From positions 1 to 32,000 of the forward strand of contig DAOMZT010000002.1 in NCBI GenBank assembly GCA_035400625.1: 32,000 nt of DNA, in the 5' to 3' direction. Origin of the DNA: an archaeon (GTDB lineage Archaea; Iainarchaeota; Iainarchaeia; Iainarchaeales; CSSED10-239). The translations under genes and the position numbers were made by a program. Positions 15,044 through 22,486 of this stretch are shown piece after piece (position 1 is the stretch's first letter; every line of letters starts with the position of its first letter). The notes beneath the pieces are model-generated. The model was given only the letters and a program-made list of their open reading frames with translations, did not search any database and was not told the DNA's origin.

Positions 15044-15283
15044 ATAGTAGTTGGTGTTTTGGCATTTGGAATTTTATTCCAAAAGGAAAGTCCACTCACT
15101 AGGCTAATATTATTTTCTGAATAGAGAATACAACGGCTTTTTGTCTTAACAAATGATGTGTAGAACTGATGGACAGAAAGAGAGGCTGAAAGATGCAGAA
15201 GATAATTCTAGTGCAAGGAAATCAACTTCCGCTTAGACAAATTGCCAATTTAGTACAGAAAGTGGCTTATAGCCAACTACTAT
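15044..15283 (+). ncRNA. rnpB: RNase P RNA (compact, ~240 nt)
   Basis: P1 pairs ATAGTAGTTGGT (15044..15055) with GCCAACTACTAT (15272..15283). CR-I-like GGAAAGTCCAC at 15085..15095. CR-IV/V-like TTAGACAAATTGCC and ACAGAAAGTGGCTTAT at 15255..15270. The P4 strands AGTCCAC / GTGG-CT are complementary with a covariation relative to the usual CCGG core. The element is a GC-rich island in AT-rich DNA. Confidence 0.8.
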
Positions 15284-15290
15284 AATTTTA

Positions 15291-16158
15291 TTAAAATGCC
15301 CTTTTGCCTTTTAATAACCCTTCTTGATAAAGTTTAAGTAGATTTTTTCTGTTTGATGAAATTTTAGTTAGTTTTCTAACATTGCCTTCAGGGTAAATTA
15401 TAGTTACATTTGAATATTTTTGTATATCTTCTATTGTGGGTTCTTCAAAGACATGATAGATAGAATGTAAGAAAAAAGGCAAGCCAAAATAAAGAGATTT
15501 AGTAAATAGATTAAGCAAAGCAAATGGGCTGCTTAAAATCTTATTAGCAAGAGTTTTTTTTCTCATTCATGATCCAGATGATCTTTTTATCTCTGTTGTC
15601 TTTAACTACTTCTAGAAACTTGTCGTTAGGTATTTGTTCGCCATCATAAAGATTTTTATATTTGGTTTTAAGAGAGATATAAGGAGCCAGATATGAAGAA
15701 ACTTCTACAATATCTAGGGTATTTTCTTTAGCATTAATAAATAATGGTTTTAGCTGGTTAGTGTCATAGACCTTAACATAGAAATTAATCTTGCTTTTTT
15801 TAATTTCGTCAACATCAAGTTTGTGTTTTATTCTTTCAATTTCTTTAAGTACTTCTAAATCCATTAGCTGTAAGCTTTTTTTATATAATATTAGGTTTTT
15901 TACCTTGTGGAGCATTTCAAAAACATCCATGTTTAGAAATTTAGCTCTTTTTGAGACTAATTGTCTGGTATATACATCTGAAGCCAAGGTAACTTGTTTA
16001 GATAAAAAATAAGCAGCATTATGAGCACCAGCAGAAACGGCATAGATGCTATGGATTCTTGGGTAAACATCTTTCTTATAGAAGGCAGTTAACACACCCG
16101 CAGCAAATACACCGCTCATTGCTCCGCCTTCAATAATTAGTATTGTGTCTCTTTCCAT
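15291..16158 (-). pseudogene. Patatin-like phospholipase split by a +1/-1 frameshift in an A8 run (T8 on the plus strand, 15554..15561)
   Basis: ORF 15544..16158 has EGGAMSGVFAAG (oxyanion GGxxxG), AVSAG (GxSxG-like) and YDGE (catalytic DG). Removing one A from the A8 run joins it in frame to ORF 15291..15566 (..NEKK-TLANKILSS..), giving a ~295-aa patatin-sized protein. Confidence 0.65.
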
Positions 16159-16271
16159 ATTAAAAGATATAACAATAATATTTATATTTGCTTTCTTTAT
16201 TTATTCTTTAGAGGGGCTTAAAGATTTATCAAAGGCCATAAGACAATATGTAAAATTATAATTGTGATTTT

Positions 16272-17078
16272 ATGTTTAAATTATTTAAATTACGTTTGAA
16301 TAAACCACAAAAACCAAACATAAAATACAAAGATCCAGCTAATAAAAGAGTAAAAGTAGTAAGAACAAGAAAAACCAAAAAATTTGAATTAAAAAGAGTG
16401 GACTATAAATATAATAAAGATGCATATTATTTGTTAAAAAAAGGTGAACACACAATTGCTTTATCAAAAGAAGCAAGAGGGCAATTGAAACGATATCCTG
16501 AAATTGTTAAAGTTGTTGAAAATTTATTGTTTGATAGCAAAACACCGGTTATTGAGAATTCTAAATATAAGATGCATCTAAGCAGATTAAATCCTGACTC
16601 TAATTCAGGTAGGAATAATATTGGAACATATAAATTGAGTTATTTTGATAAAACAACAAATAAACATAGAGAGTATTTTTTAAAATTAGGTAAAAAATAC
16701 GATATTGGAAATTACCCAAGCATTAATGAATTTGAAAGCCAAAAAATATTAGAAGCAGAAGGATTTAATATAATTAGACCACAATTTGCAATTTGGGGAC
16801 CAGGAAATAAGAAATTAAATAGCCCTTTTTACAATATAATAGTATATGATTTTACAAATTTGTTAAATTATGAAACTGCACTAAGAAACAGGTTATTAAC
16901 TAGACAAGAAATTAAACACATAAATCGCAATCTTTCTAAAGCACGATGGTTTGCAGAAAACAAATTAGATGTTACTGATATATCTACGAGAGGTAATGTC
17001 TTTTTAGAAAGATTACCATCTGGTGAAATAAAATTGTATTTTACAGATAGTGCTAAAATTTGGAAAGGCAGAGATTAA
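16272..17078 (+). CDS. hypothetical protein, family A paralog 2 (basic leader plus kinase-like core)
   Basis: Motif blocks REYFLKLG, GFNIIRPQ, IIVYDFT, DISTRGNVF, LYFTDS, collinear with ORFs 1802..2614 and 21610..22407. Confidence 0.6.
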   Translation: MFKLFKLRLNKPQKPNIKYKDPANKRVKVVRTRKTKKFELKRVDYKYNKDAYYLLKKGEHTIALSKEARGQLKRYPEIVKVVENLLFDSKTPVIENSKYKMHLSRLNPDSNSGRNNIGTYKLSYFDKTTNKHREYFLKLGKKYDIGNYPSINEFESQKILEAEGFNIIRPQFAIWGPGNKKLNSPFYNIIVYDFTNLLNYETALRNRLLTRQEIKHINRNLSKARWFAENKLDVTDISTRGNVFLERLPSGEIKLYFTDSAKIWKGRD

Positions 17079-17152
17079 TTGAAAAAATAACATTATATTT
17101 ATAAATAAATCTAGCTTACAATAAATAAAATAAAATGGAGAAAAGATAAGAT

Positions 17153-17578
17153 ATGGATGAATCTATACAGTTTATTGCAAATTTTGATAAGTTTGTTTCT
17201 ATAAAGAAGCTAACAATAGATAAAGATGTGGGGCCCAAGGAAGTAATTGAATTTCTTACAAGTATTCAGTTTACTACTTCTCAAAAGATTAAAGATTATG
17301 TTGGCAAAATCATAGATATCAAAGGCTTTGAAGAAAAGACCAAAAACCTTTATTCACTTAATCTTGGACAATTTTTAGAAGAAGTCAACTCTAGGGCTAT
17401 AAAAAAAATAATCACAGATTTTATGCCAAAGGATCTTGAAAAGAAGGATGAAAAAGACGCTTACACAGAACTTCTAAAGGTTTATCTCATAGAGAAATAT
17501 GCAAATGAAAAGAAAATAGTAATTGGTGCACATCACATAGTCTTTCCTGCAAACAAAAAGCTAATGAAGAAGAAATAA
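17153..17578 (+). CDS. hypothetical protein (141 aa, Lys/Glu-rich, no recognisable motif)
   Basis: Uninterrupted ORF with an ATG start, in the same orientation as and 74 nt downstream of the family A paralog. Confidence 0.45.
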   Translation: MDESIQFIANFDKFVSIKKLTIDKDVGPKEVIEFLTSIQFTTSQKIKDYVGKIIDIKGFEEKTKNLYSLNLGQFLEEVNSRAIKKIITDFMPKDLEKKDEKDAYTELLKVYLIEKYANEKKIVIGAHHIVFPANKKLMKKK

Positions 17579-17660
17579 AGTTTTTATATAATTGCAAAGT
17601 AGTAGCTATTTATATAATTTTTCTTTCTTAAATATAATATCAAGCAAAATAAGGAATAAG

Positions 17661-17785
17661 CCCTCCTTAGCATAGTGGTTAGTGCGTCCGGCTGTAGACT
17701 TTAGTAACACACTATTTTTGTTATTGTAAGATAGCAAAGAAAGGCAGTGACCGGAAGATCCCCAGTCCGAATCTGGGAGGAGGGA
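17661..17785 (+). tRNA. tRNA-Tyr (anticodon GUA) with a 52-nt canonical 37/38 intron (17698..17749)
   Basis: - Acceptor CCCTCCT/AGGAGGG, giving the archaeal/eukaryal Tyr identity pair C1:G72.
- D arm GCAT-AGTGGTTA-GTGC.
- Anticodon stem TCCGG/CCGGA with loop CTGTAG|intron|A.
- T arm CCCAG-TCCGAAT-CTGGG.
- Splice sites fall in a helix-bulge-helix: CTGT/GCAG central helix, 3-nt bulges, outer helix CTTT/AAAG. Confidence 0.9.
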
Positions 17786-17795
17786 ATCCGACTCC
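17758..17795 (+). repeat. Direct repeat copy 1 (tRNA-Tyr variable loop, T arm and acceptor 3' strand, plus 10 nt of flank)
   Basis: ATCCCCAGTCCGAATCTGGGAGGAGGGAATCCGACTCC. It recurs at 20480..20519 with a 2-nt insertion and 2 substitutions. The perfect core is 24 nt (17765..17788 = 20489..20512). Confidence 0.9.
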
Positions 17796-17892
17796 AAGTT
17801 GGCAGGAATAAGTTACGAGTTTTAAATACACGTATATTTAAAATCTTTACTACTATAATATATTATATATTAAAATTAATGGAGATTTATAT

Positions 17893-17964
17893 ATGAAGAA
17901 AAAAAATAAAAAAGACCCTTTAAAAAAAGGGAAAGTAGAAAGTTTAAAAGACCACTATGATTAA
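17893..17964 (+). CDS. 23-aa short ORF upstream of the radical SAM/SPASM gene (candidate substrate/precursor peptide)
   Basis: My translation: MKKKNKKDPLKKGKVESLKDHYD. GGAG at 17881..17884 sits 8 nt before the ATG. The stop is 20 nt before the rSAM start. Not in the ORF track because it is under 60 aa. Confidence 0.4.
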   Translation: MKKKNKKDPLKKGKVESLKDHYD

Positions 17965-17984
17965 TTCTAAAAATTAGATATATT

Positions 17985-19157
17985 ATGGTATCAAATATAA
18001 AAAGAGTATCTTTTGAGATTACTGGCAAATGTAATTTACACTGTTTTTATTGTTGTAGAGGTTATTTAAATAAAAAAGAAAAAATAGACACTGAAATTTC
18101 TACAACGGAAATAATTAAAATAATACGTGATGCAAGAAAAAAGAAATGTACATCCTTTCTTTTTACTGGCGGAGAGCCATTTGTTAAGAAAGATTTTAAT
18201 TTAATTCTACAAGAATGTAGTGGCTGTTTTGTAGAAGTTTATTCAAATGGCACATTAATCGCAAAGAAAAAAAATATAGAATTAATAAATAAATATATTA
18301 CTAAATTAACAGTTACTATTGATGGATTAGAATCTCACGATTTTTATAGAACAAATAGTAATTCTATTAAAATATTAAAAAACATAAAAAAGATTAAAAA
18401 AAATTGTGATGTACTAATAAAAATTAACACCTTATTAAATAAAAAATCAATAGATGATTTGCTTTGTCTTTATAAAAAATTAAAAGACGTTGGTGTAGAC
18501 GAATGGCACATAGATTTCCCTCAACTTAGAGGCCGACTTGCAGCATATAAAGGCCATTTTGCTGCAGATTATTCAAAAATAGGCATTGCATTAAGAAAAG
18601 TAATTATTGAATATTATAAGGATAAAAAACCATTTTACTTTAAAATATATAAAGTATTTAATTCAAAATTAAATAAAAACACAGCTTATTCAATTAATAT
18701 AAATGAGAACCCTTGTAGTTATAAAATAGACAAATGTATTTTCATTACCTCTGATAAAAAATATATTTTATGCCCATCAATACCAAGTCAAGATATTATT
18801 ATTGGAAAAGTAGATTTAAATAGTTATAACGACATTTTAATTAAAAAAACTAAATTAGATTTTAATAAAATTAAATATAGTGATTTAAAGGAATGTATAA
18901 ATTGTAGATATTTTAAATTGTGTTTAGGGGGGTGTAGAGGCGAAGCAAAGGTGCTTTCTAATTCGTTCATTAAACCAGATTTAAACGCTTGCTCTTTAAT
19001 GCACATTTCTGAAAAAGAAATATATCCATTTTTACCAAATAACATATCTTCTTTTTATATAAAAAGTATTGATTTTTCAAAGAGACACCCGAAATGGTTA
19101 AATAATTTAGATGAATTAAAAACTAAAACACAATTAAAATATAACGATTCTAAATAA
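17985..19157 (+). CDS. Radical SAM enzyme with a C-terminal SPASM (twin auxiliary 4Fe-4S) domain
   Basis: CNLHCFYC (CX3CX2C) at residues 16-23, and FTGGEPF. SPASM cysteines: NPCSYKIDKC, YILCPS, ECINCRYFKLCLGGCRG. Confidence 0.85.
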   Translation: MVSNIKRVSFEITGKCNLHCFYCCRGYLNKKEKIDTEISTTEIIKIIRDARKKKCTSFLFTGGEPFVKKDFNLILQECSGCFVEVYSNGTLIAKKKNIELINKYITKLTVTIDGLESHDFYRTNSNSIKILKNIKKIKKNCDVLIKINTLLNKKSIDDLLCLYKKLKDVGVDEWHIDFPQLRGRLAAYKGHFAADYSKIGIALRKVIIEYYKDKKPFYFKIYKVFNSKLNKNTAYSININENPCSYKIDKCIFITSDKKYILCPSIPSQDIIIGKVDLNSYNDILIKKTKLDFNKIKYSDLKECINCRYFKLCLGGCRGEAKVLSNSFIKPDLNACSLMHISEKEIYPFLPNNISSFYIKSIDFSKRHPKWLNNLDELKTKTQLKYNDSK

Positions 19158-19201
19158 ATGAATTTGTATATCTATTACATAAAATAATAAAAAAGAATAT
19201 T

Positions 19202-20281
19202 ATGAACTTAACAATAGAAGAGAGACTCAAACTTATTAAAGAAGTTGGAGAAGAAATAATTGGAGAAGAAGAATTAATTGAGCTTCTAAAATCCAATAAA
19301 CCTATTATTGCATATGACGGTTTTGAACCATCTGGTAGAATACATATCGCTCAAGGTCTAATGAGAGCAATAAATGTAAATAAACTATCAAAAGCAGGAA
19401 TTCATTTTAAGTTTTTGGTAGCAGATTGGTTTGCATTAATGAATAATAAAATGGACGGAGATTTAGAAAAAATAAAAATAGTTGGAGAATATTTTATTGA
19501 AGTTTGGAAAGCATCAGGAATGGATATGACTAATGTTGAGTTTTTGTGGGCTTCTGAGAATATGAATCAAGATTATTGGTTAATGGTTTTAAAAATTGCA
19601 AGATTAAATTCTGTTGTAAGAATAACAAGATGTTCTCAGATTATGGGTAGAACAGATAAAGAAGAATTAAATGCTGCACAAATATTTTATCCGTGTATGC
19701 AAGCTACAGATATATGGAATTTGAAAGCAGATATTGCTCAACTTGGGATGGACCAAAGAAAAGTAAACGTTCTTGCAAGAGAAACATTTCCAAAGCTTGG
19801 ATTAAAGAAGCCAATAGCTATACATCACCATATGCTTATGGGACTTACAGAACCAAAAATAGATGGGTTAGATGGAGCAGAAGCAACAATAGCAAAAAAG
19901 ATGTCCAAATCAAATCCAGATTCTGCAATATTTATGACTGATACTAAGGAAGAAATCGATAGGAAATTTAAGAAAGCTTATTGTCCTGAGGGAATAGTGA
20001 AAGATAACCCTGTTTTGGAATATTGTAAATATATTATATTCGAAAGAATAAATGAATTTAAAGTAGAAAGGTCCGAAAAATTTGGGGGAAATATTGTGTA
20101 TTATAGCTATGAAAACTTAGAAAAAGATTTTATAGAGAAAAGGCTTCATCCAATGGATTTAAAAGCATCAAGTTCGAAATATATTAATGAATTGTTAGAA
20201 CCTATAAGAAAGCACTTTGAAGAAAATCAAAATGCAAAAAGAATACAATGTATTGTAGAAAGTTATACAATTAAAAAATGA
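19202..20281 (+). CDS. tyrS: Tyrosyl-tRNA synthetase, archaeal type
   Basis: Class I signatures: PSGRIHIAQG (HIGH-like) and KMSKS (KKMSKSNP). Size and architecture match archaeal/eukaryal TyrRS. Confidence 0.9.
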   Translation: MNLTIEERLKLIKEVGEEIIGEEELIELLKSNKPIIAYDGFEPSGRIHIAQGLMRAINVNKLSKAGIHFKFLVADWFALMNNKMDGDLEKIKIVGEYFIEVWKASGMDMTNVEFLWASENMNQDYWLMVLKIARLNSVVRITRCSQIMGRTDKEELNAAQIFYPCMQATDIWNLKADIAQLGMDQRKVNVLARETFPKLGLKKPIAIHHHMLMGLTEPKIDGLDGAEATIAKKMSKSNPDSAIFMTDTKEEIDRKFKKAYCPEGIVKDNPVLEYCKYIIFERINEFKVERSEKFGGNIVYYSYENLEKDFIEKRLHPMDLKASSSKYINELLEPIRKHFEENQNAKRIQCIVESYTIKK

Positions 20282-20359
20282 TTTAAAATATATTTTATTT
20301 TTTTCTTGTGTTTATTATACTTTTATATTTTGGTATTACCTTCCTGTAACCTACATACA

Positions 20360-20473
20360 CTACACAAGCTACACTTTTATAAAAGCTATTAATCATAATA
20401 TTTATATAAACTAAAAGGAGTTGGTAAGAATGAAGGAGAAGTATCCACCAACTTCTAACAACGAACCAATAAC
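20360..20473 (+). repeat. Direct repeat R1 (114 nt): palindromic TATA box, second TATA-like box, hairpin enclosing an SD and ATG, and the first 15 codons of a short ORF
   Basis: Aligns with 21426..21538 at 101 of 114 columns by my hand count (12 substitutions, 1 gap). Contains CTTTTATAAAAG, ATATTTATATAAA, AAAGGAG and ATG at 20430. Confidence 0.9.
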
Positions 20474-20479
20474 CAGTAC

Positions 20480-20519
20480 ATCCCCAATGTCCGAATCTGG
20501 GAGGAGGGAATCTAACTCC
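20480..20519 (+). repeat. Direct repeat copy 2: decayed tRNA-Tyr 3'-end fragment (not a functional tRNA)
   Basis: ATCCCCAATGTCCGAATCTGGGAGGAGGGAATCTAACTCC. The 2-nt insertion destroys the 5' strand of the T stem. No D or anticodon arm lies upstream. Homology ends at the stop codon of the convergent DUF429 gene. Confidence 0.85.
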
Positions 20520-21322
20520 TACTTATATTCAAAAATAGTTTTTTGAGATAAAATTGTTTTTAGTTCTTTTTTTTGATAATCAAATACAGGCGTTAAAATA
20601 TAACCACTTTTTAAATCGCCTAATACTTCACAATTATTTGGTTTCGCCCAAACATAATAAGAAAGATATGCACAAAATATTCCATCTAATGTGTCTTCAT
20701 AATCTTTAAGTTTTTGTGCTTTTAATGAGTTTAAATCTACTGATAAAATTTCTTTAGATAAGATTAATGATGGATTACTTTTTTCTAAATTTTTTAATGC
20801 ATCAATATATTTTCTAAATTCAATATACCTAAATTCATAATCTCTTTTTGGTTTAGATTTATATTTTAATATTTTTTTTAAATTAAATAAAACTACCATA
20901 GATGGATGTGGATAAACTTCAAAAAACTTCTTTGATTCTTCAAATTGATTAATATAAGGGTCTTGTTTAAATCCTTCTTTTTCTAAAACCTTAGAAATTT
21001 CTTCTCCTCTTATTGTACCAGTCCAAAGACTTAATCTTTGTCTATTTGATGGATGTGCTCCTGCATCAAATTGTCTAAATAATTTTCCAGTTAATTCTTC
21101 TGGTATTCTTCTTCCAGTTTCATTAGGGACTATAAGTGGTGCATCAATTGCAATTAATGCTGGTTTATTTTTTGTGTGTTTTTTAATATAATTTATAATT
21201 TCTTCATTAGACATTAAACTATCAGCACAAATTAATTTTGCTTGTTTTTTATTACCTTCTAATATGGCTACACCAGATCCGTTTTTTGTAGACCAAGCAA
21301 GGTCAATTCCTACGAAATACAT
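20519..21322 (-). CDS. DUF429-like predicted RNase H-fold nuclease
   Basis: N-terminal FVGIDLAWS..NGSGVAIL, then LIAIDAPLIVPNETGRR, EVYPHPS, YK.KP.R and YEDTLDGIFCAYLS. Together these match the pattern I recall for DUF429 proteins. Confidence 0.55.
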   Translation of the reverse strand: MYFVGIDLAWSTKNGSGVAILEGNKKQAKLICADSLMSNEEIINYIKKHTKNKPALIAIDAPLIVPNETGRRIPEELTGKLFRQFDAGAHPSNRQRLSLWTGTIRGEEISKVLEKEGFKQDPYINQFEESKKFFEVYPHPSMVVLFNLKKILKYKSKPKRDYEFRYIEFRKYIDALKNLEKSNPSLILSKEILSVDLNSLKAQKLKDYEDTLDGIFCAYLSYYVWAKPNNCEVLGDLKSGYILTPVFDYQKKELKTILSQKTIFEYK

Positions 21323-21425
21323 ATAATATCATTATTTTTTATTTTATATTACTCAAAAATAACTATATATCCAAATATTAAAAAAGGTTTCTTAATGCCG
21401 ATTTATATATTATAGCATACACCCC

Positions 21426-21538
21426 CTACATAAGTTACACTTTTATAAAAGCTATCAATCAAAATATTTGTATAACCTAAAGGTGTTGATAAGAATGAAG
21501 GAGATGTATCTATCAACTTCTAACAATGAACCAATAAC
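21426..21538 (+). repeat. Direct repeat R2 (113 nt), second copy of the promoter/hairpin/short-ORF module
   Basis: See R1. Here the module leads into short ORF 21495..21593 and then family A paralog 3. Confidence 0.9.
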
Positions 21539-21593
21539 TCCAAATGCGAAAAGACTATTTTTGAATATGTTTATATTTTTTTGTGTAATTTAG
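21495..21593 (+). CDS. Possible upstream/leader ORF (32 aa) preceding family A paralog 3
   Basis: MKEMYLSTSNNEPITPNAKRLFLNMFIFFCVI. The first 15 codons are shared with the R1 copy (MKEKYPPTSNNEPIT). It ends 16 nt before ATG 21610. The coding status is uncertain. Confidence 0.25.
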   Translation: MKEMYLSTSNNEPITPNAKRLFLNMFIFFCVI

Positions 21594-21609
21594 TTATTTA
21601 TGATGTGAT

Positions 21610-22407
21610 ATGAGAATATCAAATATATTTAAAAGAAAAATAAAGTTTAAAAATATAAGTTACAGACCAAAGCCGAATTCTAAAAAAAGAATAGAAAATA
21701 AAATAACTATCAGAAGAGGTAAACTATTTACTGTTGCTTACAGTGATTTAGGTAAAAAAATATTTGTAAATCAACAAATATTTCGTAAAGTTCATAATGT
21801 TTGGAGATCAGGTAGAACCAAATATGAAGACCCCGAAATAAGATTAGAAATAAGAGAGAGAATACCAGAATATTGGAAACAAGAAGAAACTGCAGCAAAT
21901 ATGGTCTTGGAATTAAAAGAAAACAAAAGAAAATTTTTTATAAAAGTAGGGAATTCTTGGCCTATGGAAATAAACGGTAAAATAGAGAGATTAAATTTTG
22001 CAAGGCCTGTACAAGAGATGGGTTTGCTAAAATTAATCTCCGAAAAGAACTTTAATGTTATACCAGCTCATTTTGGTATAACGATGCAAGGCTATAATTT
22101 TATTATTTATGATTATGTTCCGTTTATTACTGTTGCTGATGCTTTAGAAAAGGGATTAATTAGTGGTAGGACATACAAAAAAATTAATAAATTATTAGAT
22201 GGTGTAACTGAAGAGGTAAATTCTACTTTAAAAAAAGAATATCGAAAATACGGTTTTGATAAATTAAATTTAACTTATGATTTAAAAGCAGGAAACACAT
22301 TCATTGATGTCAATACAAAACAAATATACATTTTCGATCCAAATTCACTTTCTATTGACCAAATGAGTGCACAAATGTTAGATAAATATAAAATAAAAAA
22401 ACCTTAA
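21610..22407 (+). CDS. hypothetical protein, family A paralog 3 (basic leader plus kinase-like core)
   Basis: Motif blocks RKFFIKVG, NFNVIPAH, FIIYDYV, DLKAGNTF, IYIFDP. Confidence 0.6.
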   Translation: MRISNIFKRKIKFKNISYRPKPNSKKRIENKITIRRGKLFTVAYSDLGKKIFVNQQIFRKVHNVWRSGRTKYEDPEIRLEIRERIPEYWKQEETAANMVLELKENKRKFFIKVGNSWPMEINGKIERLNFARPVQEMGLLKLISEKNFNVIPAHFGITMQGYNFIIYDYVPFITVADALEKGLISGRTYKKINKLLDGVTEEVNSTLKKEYRKYGFDKLNLTYDLKAGNTFIDVNTKQIYIFDPNSLSIDQMSAQMLDKYKIKKP

Positions 22408-22486
22408 TAGTTATATGAACTTTAAAAATATATTACATAATATAAAGGGGCTTTGATAAAGTAAGCTTCTTTTAGAAAAAGCTTTA

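Noticed and set aside
17606-17797. 63-aa minus-strand ORF
   Set aside because: It lies entirely antisense to the intron-containing tRNA-Tyr gene.
17985-19157. The radical SAM gene as the missing third component of the AmmeMemoRadiSam system (partner of the MEMO-AMMECR1 fusion at 3034..4452)
   Set aside because: It has a full SPASM domain and its own upstream peptide ORF. The AmmeMemoRadiSam enzyme is a PFL-activase-like rSAM without SPASM. The two loci are also 13.5 kb apart on different transcription units.
20430-20546. 38-codon ORF starting in repeat R1 (MKEKYPPTSNNEPITSTSPMSESGRRESNSYLYSKIVF)
   Set aside because: Beyond codon 15 it reads through the decayed tRNA-Tyr fragment and into the convergent DUF429 gene. 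It is most likely a fortuitous extension of the duplicated leader rather than a real protein.
20519-21322. The DUF429 protein as the integrase/recombinase responsible for the tRNA-Tyr fragment and the flanking 114-nt repeats
   Set aside because: No tyrosine or serine recombinase or DDE motifs are recognisable. An RNase H-like fold alone does not support a recombinase call. It is kept only as context in the findings.
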